Source: Raphidiopsis brookii D9
Lineage (GTDB): Bacteria; Cyanobacteriota; Cyanobacteriia; Cyanobacteriales; Nostocaceae
Length of the DNA stretch: 32,000 bases
Direction of reading: 5' to 3'
NCBI GenBank assembly: GCA_000175855.1
Contig: ACYB01000010.1
Location: forward strand, 1 to 32,000
Of this stretch, positions 7,947 through 17,369 are shown piece after piece. Made by a program: the position numbers and the translations under genes. A model generated the notes under the pieces. That model did no database searches. It saw nothing but the letters and a program-made list of their open reading frames with translations, and was not told where the DNA came from. The first letter of the stretch is position 1, and each line of letters starts with the position of its first letter.

Positions 7947-9509
7947 ATGGATTTTGCCAATATTGCATCCCAGTTAAACGCGGGAACGATTTTACCAGAG
8001 GGGATTGTGATCATCACCCTCTTGGGGGTTTTGATCGTGGATTTGATTTTGGGACGTGCTTCCTATCAATGGATTGCATACCTAGCTGTTGCTGGGTTAC
8101 TGGGAGCTATTCTTTCCCTGTGGTTACAATGGGACTCCCCCCATCCTATGGGTTTTACCGGTGGGTTTAATGCTGATGACCTCAGTATTATCTTTCGCGG
8201 AATCATTGCCCTGTCTGCTGCTGTCACCATCCTCATGTCAATTAGCTATGTGGAGCAAAGTGGTACGGCTTTGTCAGAATTCATCGCTATCCTACTCACC
8301 GCTACTACGGGAGGTATGTTCCTTTCTGGTGCTAGTGAATTAGTGATGATTTTCATCTCTTTGGAAACTTTGAGTATCTCTTCCTATTTGCTAACAGGTT
8401 ATACTAAGCGTGACCCACGCTCTAATGAAGCTGCTCTCAAATATCTGCTTATTGGTGCTTCTACCACAGCTGTATTTTTGTATGGCATGTCCCTTCTATA
8501 TGGATTATCAGGAGGCGAAACTGAATTAAATGCGATCGCCAGTGGTATTGCTACAGCTCATGGAGGTCAGTCTCTAGGTTTAGTAATTGCTCTAGTGTTC
8601 ATAATTGCTGGCATTGGGTTTAAAATATCTGCTGCACCCTTTCACCAATGGACACCTGATGTTTATGAGGGTGCCCCTACCCCAGTCATAGCTTTTTTAT
8701 CCGTTGGTTCCAAAGCAGCAGGTTTGGCTTTGTCCATCCGGTTATTAACAGTAGTGTTCCCCTTAGTAGACCAAGAGTGGAGATTTGTGTTTACTGCTTT
8801 GGCCGTACTGAGTATGATCTTGGGTAACGTTGTAGCCCTCGCTCAAACCAGCATGAAACGAATGTTGGCCTATTCCTCCATTGCTCAAGCTGGTTTTGTG
8901 ATGATTGGCTTAATTGCTGGTACGGATGCAGGTTACTCCAGTATGTTATTTTACTTACTAGTATATCTGTTCATGAATTTGTGCGGATTTACCTGTATTA
9001 TTCTTTTCTCTCTGAGAACAGGTACAGATCAGATTACGGAATACTCTGGTTTATATCAAAAAGACCCCCTACTGACCCTAGGTTTAAGTGTTTCCCTATT
9101 ATCCCTGGGTGGGATTCCACCCCTGGCTGGATTTTTCGGTAAGATTTACCTATTTTGGGCAGGTTGGCAAGCGGGTCTATATTGGTTAGTGTTGTTAGGA
9201 TTAGTCACGAGTGTAATTTCCATTTATTACTACATTCGGGTAGTGAAAATGATGGTGGTGAAAGAACCTCAAGAAATGTCTGATGTAGTTAAGAATTATC
9301 CGACCGTGCGGTGGGATCTACCAGGATTTAGACCTTTACAAGTGGGATTGATAGTCACCCTCATTGCTACAACTATCTCTGGTATTTTGTCTAATCCTTT
9401 ATTTACCTTGGTCAACACTTCTGTTGCTCACACACCGATTTTACAAGCTGGAAAATTGACTAGTAGTCAAACCAGTTTAGTTGTGGATCAAAAGTCCCAA
9501 CAACTATAA
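7947..9509 (+). CDS. ndhB: NAD(P)H-quinone oxidoreductase (NDH-1) subunit 2
   Basis: 520-aa polytopic membrane ORF with the typical cyanobacterial/plastid NdhB sequence ([19 protein letters not shown]..., [22 protein letters not shown]). Confidence 0.95.
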   Translation: MDFANIASQLNAGTILPEGIVIITLLGVLIVDLILGRASYQWIAYLAVAGLLGAILSLWLQWDSPHPMGFTGGFNADDLSIIFRGIIALSAAVTILMSISYVEQSGTALSEFIAILLTATTGGMFLSGASELVMIFISLETLSISSYLLTGYTKRDPRSNEAALKYLLIGASTTAVFLYGMSLLYGLSGGETELNAIASGIATAHGGQSLGLVIALVFIIAGIGFKISAAPFHQWTPDVYEGAPTPVIAFLSVGSKAAGLALSIRLLTVVFPLVDQEWRFVFTALAVLSMILGNVVALAQTSMKRMLAYSSIAQAGFVMIGLIAGTDAGYSSMLFYLLVYLFMNLCGFTCIILFSLRTGTDQITEYSGLYQKDPLLTLGLSVSLLSLGGIPPLAGFFGKIYLFWAGWQAGLYWLVLLGLVTSVISIYYYIRVVKMMVVKEPQEMSDVVKNYPTVRWDLPGFRPLQVGLIVTLIATTISGILSNPLFTLVNTSVAHTPILQAGKLTSSQTSLVVDQKSQQL

Positions 9510-9515
9510 ACTTTA

Positions 9516-9548
9516 TGGGTAATGGATAGTCCCATTACCCAGTTTTCC
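9516..9548 (+). terminator. Intrinsic-terminator-like hairpin downstream of ndhB, between convergent genes
   Basis: Perfect 10-bp stem tgggtaatgg (9516-9525) / ccattaccca (9532-9541) with the 6-nt loop atagtc, followed by gttttcc. Confidence 0.6.
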
Positions 9549-9590
9549 AATCCACCCTCTGATAGTTGTGTTTTTTTGAAAGGTTATATC

Positions 9591-10940
9591 TTATTTTTGG
9601 GCAGTCATTATATGTAGTAGAGAAATTATTTCTATAATTTGTTTTGTCATGAGAGTTATTGCTATGATGATCATCATAGCTAATGTAATTTTCCCACCAG
9701 GAATCAAGGACTGGTAAATCCCATTTGTTATTTTTTTCCGTTGTTGCCAACTAATAATTGCGGGAATAATAGCACCCAAAATTGAAACAGTGAGGATCCC
9801 ACTATATTCGATAGCTATAAAAAAGATGTAGGGGTTGATTGTACCCAAACTCAGAGGTGGAAGCAGCACCAGAGAGAAAATAGGTAACCGGGAAATTTTC
9901 ACCTGATTGAGACCATAAATATCCTGAAAGAAATCAATCAATCCATAGACAAAACCAATAAAAGATGTGACAATGGCAAATTCCGAGAACACAGTTAATA
10001 TGATCGCTAAAACTTCTCCTGCTCTCCCTGCTTGTAAAACTTGTAAGGGGTCAAAAATAGATCCGTTAGGTTGATTTATTTGCCAAGATTCAAAATTCAC
10101 ACTGCCCAAAATAACAGTATTCCAGCAAAGAAATAAAATTAGAGGAATACCAGAACCAATAATAATAGATTTTCTAATTTTGGAGATATCTCCCTCTAAT
10201 TGGGTCACTACCACAGGAACAACATTGTGATAAAAAAGAGTCACACAAATAACTGAAATTGCACCACCCACAGCAGGCCAATTTTGGGACAAGAATAGGG
10301 AACTTTTTACCTGACCAACTCCCAAAAATAATAGTCCCATAAAGGAAACAATCACAATTCCTACCAATAGATTATTTAATTTTTCCACAAATTTCTCTTT
10401 CCCCCAATACAACACCCCTCCAAATAATATGGTAAAAGTTGTTGTACCTAACCAATGGGGTAAACCATGATCTAAATTGCATATTTTGGCAAAAGTAGAT
10501 ATGAGGATATCTCCCCCTCGACTAATATATGCCACTAAAAGAGCATAGTGCTGAACTAAATAAGCAGTACCTGCTATTCTTGCTCCTAAACTACCCAATT
10601 TTTTCTCCACAATTGCCAAAAAACCAATGTGGGCAATTCCCTCCATACCCATCACATTTACAGTAATTTCTGCAATTAGTAACCCTGATAATAGGGTGTA
10701 GAGCCAAACCAGGCAAATGGCAACATTAGAAGGCAATACACCCGATGGTAGGGTAACTGCAGGTAGGGCAAGAATCCCAGCACCAACGGTAGTTCCAGTA
10801 ATTAAAGCTGTGCTACTTAGAAGGCTGCCCGGTTGATGATTCAACCGCTCTCCATCAAATTTGAGGTGAGAAAACAATCGGGTGCTTTGGTCTGGGAAAT
10901 TTTTTTCTGGCATATCACACGGTACTAACAAGTTTTCCAA
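9591..10940 (-). CDS. Amino acid permease of the aromatic amino acid (Trp/Tyr, HAAAP-type) transporter family
   Basis: 449-aa ORF with about 11 hydrophobic segments. The N-terminal motif TGTTVGAGILALP is typical of TyrP/Mtr-type permeases. The start codon is uncertain. Confidence 0.7.
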   Translation of the reverse strand: MENLLVPCDMPEKNFPDQSTRLFSHLKFDGERLNHQPGSLLSSTALITGTTVGAGILALPAVTLPSGVLPSNVAICLVWLYTLLSGLLIAEITVNVMGMEGIAHIGFLAIVEKKLGSLGARIAGTAYLVQHYALLVAYISRGGDILISTFAKICNLDHGLPHWLGTTTFTILFGGVLYWGKEKFVEKLNNLLVGIVIVSFMGLLFLGVGQVKSSLFLSQNWPAVGGAISVICVTLFYHNVVPVVVTQLEGDISKIRKSIIIGSGIPLILFLCWNTVILGSVNFESWQINQPNGSIFDPLQVLQAGRAGEVLAIILTVFSEFAIVTSFIGFVYGLIDFFQDIYGLNQVKISRLPIFSLVLLPPLSLGTINPYIFFIAIEYSGILTVSILGAIIPAIISWQQRKKITNGIYQSLIPGGKITLAMMIIIAITLMTKQIIEIISLLHIMTAQK

Positions 10941-10952
10941 GTTTTTAAAAAC

Positions 10953-12062
10953 TTATTTTACCATCATAGGTAGTGTGATCGTAAATGTACTACCTTTACC
11001 CAATTGTGAATATAATTCTATTTTGCCCCTATGTGCTTCAATAATGCGTTGCGACAGATGCAGTCCTAAACCACTGCCAGACCTTTTATTTTTACCTTGA
11101 CGGAATCTCTCAAAAATAGTAGTTTGATCTTCTGGTGCTATACCATATCCAGTGTCTGATATCTGAATAATAACCTGTCTTATATGTTTGTGGCGGGATT
11201 TTTCAAAAATGCTTACTTCCACAGTCCCGTGATCAGTAAATTTGATGGCATTGCCAATTAAATTGTTGAAAACCCGACGTAATTCTAGTCTATCCCCTAA
11301 GACCAGGTTTTGTTTTTCTAACCGGGTTCCTAATTTCACAGTTAGGTTTTTTTCCATAGCCAATGGAGTTAATTCATTAATTACTTCCTCGGCTATTTCT
11401 TGTAGATCACATTCTTGCACATTTAAGAACTTCTTATCAGCATCAAATCTATAAACCTCCAGCAGATTATTTACCATTTCTAGCAAGTTCTGGTTACTCC
11501 GAATCATCATGGCGATCGCTTGTTTCATTTCAGGGAGAATTTGACCAAAGGTCTCCTTTTGAAACAGGTCTAACATACGATCTGCTGCTAATAAAGGAGT
11601 GCGCAAATCGTGAGTTAGTCGGGAGACAAAATCTTCTCGTTGTCGGCTCATTTTTTGTTGTTCATCAATGCTGTGTTTCAGTCTCAGTAAGCAGCGGACC
11701 CTAGCCAATAACTCATTGGTATCAAATGGTTTACGAATAAAATCATCTGCACCCGCATCTAATCCTTCCACCACACTAGACTCATCAAACGCTGTAATCA
11801 GTAAAATAGGAACGTAGCCAATATTAGTGTAGCTACGAATTGTGCGGGTTACTTCATAGCCATCCATTTCTGGCATCATTACGTCCAAAAGAATTAAATC
11901 TGGAGGGGATTGGACAGTTTTTTGTAAAGCTGTTGCTCCATCGGAAACTGAATCAATTGCATACCCTTCACTCTCTAATAGGGTTCGGACTAAAATTAAA
12001 TTATCTCTTATATCATCAACCACAAGGATACGTGCAACTTGATCAATCTTGCTAACTGACAT
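10953..12062 (-). CDS. Hybrid response regulator / histidine kinase (REC + HisKA + HATPase_c, no sensor domain)
   Basis: 369-aa ORF. It has a canonical receiver (VVDD, DLILLDVMMPEMDG, LLITA, IRKPF), the H-box THDLRTPL, and ATPase N/G boxes (NLIGNAIKFT, DTGYGI, GSGLGL). Confidence 0.85.
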   Translation of the reverse strand: MSVSKIDQVARILVVDDIRDNLILVRTLLESEGYAIDSVSDGATALQKTVQSPPDLILLDVMMPEMDGYEVTRTIRSYTNIGYVPILLITAFDESSVVEGLDAGADDFIRKPFDTNELLARVRCLLRLKHSIDEQQKMSRQREDFVSRLTHDLRTPLLAADRMLDLFQKETFGQILPEMKQAIAMMIRSNQNLLEMVNNLLEVYRFDADKKFLNVQECDLQEIAEEVINELTPLAMEKNLTVKLGTRLEKQNLVLGDRLELRRVFNNLIGNAIKFTDHGTVEVSIFEKSRHKHIRQVIIQISDTGYGIAPEDQTTIFERFRQGKNKRSGSGLGLHLSQRIIEAHRGKIELYSQLGKGSTFTITLPMMVK

Positions 12063-12108
12063 ACCTTATACACCTTAGTAAATATAGGTTAATAAATTTA
12101 ATATCTGC

Positions 12109-13395
12109 TTAATATCTAGCGCTACTTTTTTCTGGAAATGACATGCTGAGACCTTTTTTATCATAATAGCTCAGTTTCTCTTCACTGGCGAAATTTACAC
12201 TAACTTGTCTTGGTAATTCAACTCCAAATAGTGAACCCACTGCTAATTGACTTTCTAATATTATTTTTCCTCCCATGATTTTCACTAATGAATCAATAAT
12301 TGCTAAACCCAGTCCCATCCCTGGATATTTACGACTAATACCTTGATCCACTTGTCTAAATGCTTCAAAAATATGTTCACAATCTTGACTGGAAATACCA
12401 ATTCCAGTATCCCTAATAGAAATAGCTATGCGATTTTTACTGGGTTCGGTAACCCTCACCCAAATACACCCGCGCTCTGTAAACTTAATAGCATTTGAAA
12501 GCAAGTTAATTAAAATCTGACTTACCCGCATAGGATCATTAAATACAAGGGTATTTTCTAATTCTATTTCTACAGATAAAGATAATTTCTTGGCTTCCAC
12601 TAAAGAGCGGATTTCACTCACAGCATGATTAACTACCTTAGATAGATCGAAAATTTCTGGTTTTAATGCTAATCTACCAGAATCAATCTTAGAAAAGTCT
12701 AAAACCTCATTCAATAACATTGACAGATTCTTGGCATTATTTAGGATACGTTTTAAAATATCCGTTTGTACACTACTTAGCTGACTAAATTTAGGACGCA
12801 GTAGAATTTGCGCAAACCCGATTATGGCATTCATCGGAGTTCGCAACTCATGAGATATGGTTGATAAAAATTGTGATTTCAGTCTTGATACTTCTAATAG
12901 TTTTAAATTCTGTAATTGAATTTGCTGTCGTTGTCTCTCTAATTCCTCATTATTACGAATCAACTTTTCATGGCTTTCTTTAAGTTGCTTATACGCTAAC
13001 TGGGTTTTAGTCTCAGACTGATGTAAACGAATTGCATTTCGCAGTGTTATAGATAAAACTTCTGGAGTTAGACTGAATCTATTTAAATAGTCCGTAGCAC
13101 CGTTATGTAATAAATTGAGAGCTGTTTTTTCTTCTCCTGGACTTGTGAGAATTACCAGGGGGACTTTAATCTGGGAGGAATATAGTTTATCAATTAGGGA
13201 CAAAGTCCGATCCACCAAAGGGGAACCAAGAAAAATACAGTCAAATTTAGCACTTTCTAGGACACAAAAAACATTCTTGCTGTCACTGACCTCCCATAAT
13301 TCCAAGGATAACTTAGTTTCGTTTACCACTAAACGAAATACCTTACGTGCTAAGTCATCCTCATCCACAACCAAAATTTTTAGCCTCTCTTCCAT
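12109..13395 (-). CDS. Histidine kinase with an N-terminal degenerate (pseudo-)receiver domain and a coiled-coil linker
   Basis: 428-aa ORF with the H-box SHELRTPMNAI and ATPase boxes NLLSNAIKFT, DTGIGI, GMGLGL. The N-terminal REC-like fold has G where the phospho-acceptor Asp is expected (FDCIFLGSPL) and N where the conserved Lys is expected (DYLNR). Confidence 0.8.
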   Translation of the reverse strand: MEERLKILVVDEDDLARKVFRLVVNETKLSLELWEVSDSKNVFCVLESAKFDCIFLGSPLVDRTLSLIDKLYSSQIKVPLVILTSPGEEKTALNLLHNGATDYLNRFSLTPEVLSITLRNAIRLHQSETKTQLAYKQLKESHEKLIRNNEELERQRQQIQLQNLKLLEVSRLKSQFLSTISHELRTPMNAIIGFAQILLRPKFSQLSSVQTDILKRILNNAKNLSMLLNEVLDFSKIDSGRLALKPEIFDLSKVVNHAVSEIRSLVEAKKLSLSVEIELENTLVFNDPMRVSQILINLLSNAIKFTERGCIWVRVTEPSKNRIAISIRDTGIGISSQDCEHIFEAFRQVDQGISRKYPGMGLGLAIIDSLVKIMGGKIILESQLAVGSLFGVELPRQVSVNFASEEKLSYYDKKGLSMSFPEKSSARY

Positions 13396-13744
13396 TAGTT
13401 TCCATTTCCCCTATCAAGAGGGGGAAAAAATAGAGTATTTGGTTGATATTCACTACCTCCAATTTTTTCTCCCTCGTTTACATATATTTGTCTAATTTTC
13501 AGACCAGTTTCCCAGACTTAAGTTATACCGAGATTATTTCGTATTCGCATCAGTATTTCATATCCCGGAAATTTTGGCATATATCCCTGGTTATATTTTT
13601 ACTCTTCCCTAAGATAGATGTAATTTGCAACATATATCATCTAAGATTCCCCTGGGGATATTAGACACACAAGGAGTTTAACCTAATGGGTAAATTTCCA
13701 AGACTATTGGATAATTATGATAATTCGGTTAATTTGGTACCACA

Positions 13745-14467
13745 ATGAGTGAAATTAGCATTATTTTAATAGAAGACCATGATTTAACTAGAATGGGTTT
13801 AAAGACCGTCATCCAGTCGCACCCAGGGTTGAAGGTAATCGGGGAAGCAGCAAATGCAACTCAAGGACTAAAACTTTTAGAAACTACTAAACCGGATGTG
13901 GCAGTTGTTGATATTGGGTTACCTGATATGGATGGTATAGAACTAACTCGTAGGTTTAAACGTCATCAGACTGAAAATGGACAGAACAATACCAAAATCC
14001 TGGTTTTAACCATGGATAGTACGGAAGAATCAGTTCTAGCTGCATTTGCAGCAGGAGCAGACTCCTATTACATGAAAGAGACCAGCATTAATAAATTAAC
14101 AGAAGCTATAAATGCTACTTATGCGGGAAATTCTTGGATAGATCCAGCGATCGCCAGTGTGGTTTTAAGGAGAATGCGTGTCCAAGCACCAGGGGAAGCA
14201 GGGAGTACTGATAGGCCAAAAATGGTAAAAATAGAGGGTTTAGCCATAGAGTACGAACAGGTGTTAGAAAGCTCTCCCCTGACCCAACGGGAGTTGGAAA
14301 TTTTGGAATTAATAGTGGATGGTTGTAGCAATGGACAAATAGCAGAAAAACTCTATATTACGGTGGGAACAGTAAAAACCCATGTTCGCAATATCTTGAA
14401 TAAGCTCTGTGCAGATGATAGAACCCAAGCTGCTGTGCGGGCTCTACGTTCGGGACTGGTTGGGTGA
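13745..14467 (+). CDS. NarL/LuxR-family response regulator (REC + long linker + LuxR-type HTH)
   Basis: 240-aa ORF with a receiver (IEDHDL, DVAVVDIGLPDMDG, VLTM) and a C-terminal LTQRELEILELIVDGCSNGQIAEKLYITVGTVKTHVRNILNKL. Confidence 0.85.
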   Translation: MSEISIILIEDHDLTRMGLKTVIQSHPGLKVIGEAANATQGLKLLETTKPDVAVVDIGLPDMDGIELTRRFKRHQTENGQNNTKILVLTMDSTEESVLAAFAAGADSYYMKETSINKLTEAINATYAGNSWIDPAIASVVLRRMRVQAPGEAGSTDRPKMVKIEGLAIEYEQVLESSPLTQRELEILELIVDGCSNGQIAEKLYITVGTVKTHVRNILNKLCADDRTQAAVRALRSGLVG

Positions 14468-15778
14468 TCCCAATCTCATTTTTAAACACTCGGCAATGCG
14501 TTTTGCTGCTCCTGGTTTCCCCATACGTTCCCATCCATTTGTGGCAATTTCTTGGAAAAAGTCGGGATTTTGTAATATATTTGCAACGGTTTCGGGAACT
14601 TGTCTGGGGTGATCTAATAATATTAAAGAAACTCCTAAAAGACGACTTTGAGCTTCAGCAAAATTGGGATTATATTGGGGACCTTTACCTGGAAAAGCAA
14701 TTACAGGTTTACCTAATCCTACAAATTGCTCTGTAGCGGTGCCCGCCATAGCAATAGCTAAGTGCGCCCAGTGTAAACATTCATTATAAGATGTTTGTGT
14801 TAATAGTAAGTAGGCATTTCTTTGTTTAAAAACTAAAAGCATGGGGATCCCTAATAACAATGGGGGGATGAGTGATGATTTTCCCAACCTTGATTTTTTA
14901 AAACTTTCAGATAAAATTGCCTGGTCTAAACCGGGTGCGATCGCACCGAGAAAAATAATTTTTCGCTGGGGCAAAATTTCCATTAAACCGGATATAGCGA
15001 CCATAATGATTTCCCAATTATTATATGCTTCACCAGTGCGGGAACCGGGGAGCAAAGTGATAATGAGGGGGTAATTGAGATTGGAATCTAGAAATTGGGG
15101 TGTATTAGAAGAAGGTTCCAAACCATCCATCATGGGATTTCCTGCATCAAAAGCTGGGATAGGCCACCTTCTTAAAATTTCAGTGGTTAGGGTATCTCGA
15201 GGAAATACTGCACGACAGCGACGACGACTCATCAACCATCTTTCCCAGGGGTGGTAAATGGAACCGGAGAAGTTTTCCCACCAAGATTTTTGGGAATTTC
15301 TCCTGAGTAAACCGGTTTTATCCCGCACATAATATTCTGATTTTGCAGTTCCCACAAAAGCATAATTAGGACCGCTGATGGCGGCAAATAGTAGAGGTAC
15401 GATATCACCCACCGCTAGGATACCTTGGTGATTGCCCAATTTTTTTTGACATTTTACCCAGGTACGAACTGCTCGAATTTGCTTGCATGTTAGTTGAATT
15501 AGACCACTTTGGATATCCTGCACCAGTTGACTTTTATCCATATAGATAAAACCACCTGAAGGCATGGTTTTTACATCACCAATACAGGGTATATTTAAAC
15601 TTTGATAGGTATGACCTTCTCCTACTATTGGTAAGGCAAAAATATCGGGAGCTGAGGGGAGCTTTCTTAGTTGCTCGATAATCCTTCCTGCAATTATATC
15701 TTCCCCGTGACCATTACTTAAAATAAGTAACTGCCAATGGGGGGTTTTTTCCAGCTTATGGTTTGAGGAATGTTTCAT
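14444..15778 (-). CDS. Lipid-A-disaccharide synthase (LpxB)-related glycosyltransferase-like protein (cyanobacterial family)
   Basis: 444-aa ORF. The N-terminal LLILSNGHGEDIIA and C-terminal MAGTATEQ..GLGKPVI recall the LpxB-related family. Assignment is from memory. Confidence 0.55.
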   Translation of the reverse strand: MKHSSNHKLEKTPHWQLLILSNGHGEDIIAGRIIEQLRKLPSAPDIFALPIVGEGHTYQSLNIPCIGDVKTMPSGGFIYMDKSQLVQDIQSGLIQLTCKQIRAVRTWVKCQKKLGNHQGILAVGDIVPLLFAAISGPNYAFVGTAKSEYYVRDKTGLLRRNSQKSWWENFSGSIYHPWERWLMSRRRCRAVFPRDTLTTEILRRWPIPAFDAGNPMMDGLEPSSNTPQFLDSNLNYPLIITLLPGSRTGEAYNNWEIIMVAISGLMEILPQRKIIFLGAIAPGLDQAILSESFKKSRLGKSSLIPPLLLGIPMLLVFKQRNAYLLLTQTSYNECLHWAHLAIAMAGTATEQFVGLGKPVIAFPGKGPQYNPNFAEAQSRLLGVSLILLDHPRQVPETVANILQNPDFFQEIATNGWERMGKPGAAKRIAECLKMRLGSPNQSRT

Positions 15779-15869
15779 ATTGAGAAAGGGAAATAATATA
15801 TATTTAGGCTATTAGTCCAGAAACCTGATAGCTAAAAACAAGTTCTGGATAGGCGTTATAGCTCAGCTT

Positions 15870-16265
15870 CTAGGGTATTTTTCCCTCAGATTGCAATCTT
15901 TCCAAACAGGATTTCAGGGTTCTGGGGTCAAATACAATTGGCAAAAAATGGATGCTTTTGATTTCTCTAAAATAAAACAAAATTGGCACACTATGCCAAA
16001 AAATTCGCCAACTTTGCCACTCCCTATAGGGAAAGCTCCTGATTAACTTCTCACCTCGGTAAATATCAAAGTCATTCCCAGTAAATAAAAACCGCAACGA
16101 CACAGCTTGAAACATCAGAAATAATCCAAACAAGGCGATCGCACCACCCAATAAAGGTTGAACCACCAATAGGGGAATGGAGCTAATTACTAATACCAGA
16201 GGAATATTGTAACTGGCTTTGAGTTCCGTAGTAGATAAACTACTAGATAAGGGATAATTTGTCAT
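15870..16265 (-). CDS. Small conserved membrane protein (two predicted TM helices; possibly the cyanobacterial/plant DUF3119 family)
   Basis: 131-aa ORF with two hydrophobic helices near the N-terminus. It sits 26 nt downstream of the MlaE-like gene on the same strand. Confidence 0.5.
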   Translation of the reverse strand: MTNYPLSSSLSTTELKASYNIPLVLVISSIPLLVVQPLLGGAIALFGLFLMFQAVSLRFLFTGNDFDIYRGEKLIRSFPYREWQSWRIFWHSVPILFYFREIKSIHFLPIVFDPRTLKSCLERLQSEGKIP

Positions 16266-16291
16266 AATTTTTAAGCGTTGTAAGTGAAAAA

Positions 16292-17008
16292 TTAAGGTCT
16301 GATAGATGGATTACCTGCTCCCTGAAACATCAACCATGATAAAAAGAAATTGCTAATGAAAATCACTAACAGAGCAGTAACCACTGCTGTGGTGGTTGAT
16401 TGTCCCACACCCTTAGCTCCCCCCGTAGTAGTCAAACCCCAGCTGCAACCAATTATGGCGATTAAAATCCCAAAACATGCTGCTTTAATCATGGCACTAA
16501 TTATATCTCGGAGATCTAAAAAGTTACGGGCTGAGTCTAAAAATACTGTATCTGAAAGATTGTAAAGATTAGTAGCAATTATCAATCTCCCCACATTCCA
16601 GTAACCAGGGATAGCAAGGTCAAAATTGGTAGCATTAATAAACAGGCCAAAAGACGAGGTATGACTAAAAAAATCAATCGGGTCAGTCTTTAACATTAAC
16701 AAAGCATCTATTTGTTCTGTAACCCGCATAGTACCAATTTCTGCCGCAAATGCAGAACCTACTCTACCCGCTAAAATAACTGCTGTGAGTACGGGTGATA
16801 ATTCTCGGGTTAAAGCTACTGCTAATACCCCCCCCACCAAATTCCCAGCACCAAAGTTAATAAACTCTCGCGCTACCTGAATTGTAAACACTGCACCCAC
16901 GAAAATCGCCGTTAGTAAGGCTATAAATAGGGAATCTGGTCCCACTACTGCTAGTTGCTCTACTGTGTTACGACGATGAATTTTTCCCCTGATCAAGTGC
17001 AGTGTCAC
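16292..17008 (-). CDS. mlaE: MlaE/TGD1-like ABC lipid-transport permease; reading frame appears disturbed (see findings)
   Basis: 238-aa ORF (GTG start in the track). It matches the family at IHRRNTVEQLAVVGPDSL, FTIQVAREF, MRVTEQIDAL and CSWGLTTTGGAKGVGQSTTTAVV. An internal 26-aa stretch is unlike the family in this frame but matches it in the adjacent frame. The coding signal continues upstream of 17008 to an out-of-frame ATG at 17050-17052. Confidence 0.75.
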   Translation of the reverse strand: MTLHLIRGKIHRRNTVEQLAVVGPDSLFIALLTAIFVGAVFTIQVAREFINFGAGNLVGGVLAVALTRELSPVLTAVILAGRVGSAFAAEIGTMRVTEQIDALLMLKTDPIDFFSHTSSFGLFINATNFDLAIPGYWNVGRLIIATNLYNLSDTVFLDSARNFLDLRDIISAMIKAACFGILIAIIGCSWGLTTTGGAKGVGQSTTTAVVTALLVIFISNFFLSWLMFQGAGNPSIRP

Positions 17009-17369
17009 TTGTCCCCCTAAAAAAAATTGCCTCCACCAGTCTTTGACCCCATAGTCCTAAACTGGATTTAGATATAGTCTGGCTCAATGTCTTCTATCTA
17101 ACTCAGTGACTCTTCTAAGAATAGCGAAACTTCTCGCTTTTTTCTCTTGACCATTTTGATAACTATATTAACTTTGTTTAAGGATTTTCTCACTAAATAT
17201 ATCTTAATTTTTCACCCACTACAACACATCTAAATGTAATTTACCAACAAAACCCATGTATATCAAGGGTTTTACCACTTGGGGTTACCTAAAACTGACC
17301 CTGCACCAGATGGTCTTTTTCACCCGCATTTTAATTAAGATTTAAGATTTTTGACAAACCCGTATTTTC

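Noticed and set aside
9535-9750. 71-aa minus-strand ORF overlapping the 3' end of the permease gene
   Set aside because: It is an alternative frame of the permease C-terminus with a non-protein-like composition.
17134-17156. Small hairpin agcga-aacttc-tcgct followed by T6 upstream of the MlaE-like gene
   Set aside because: It has only a 5-bp stem and is oriented on the plus strand, where nothing upstream needs terminating. This is insufficient to call a terminator or sRNA.
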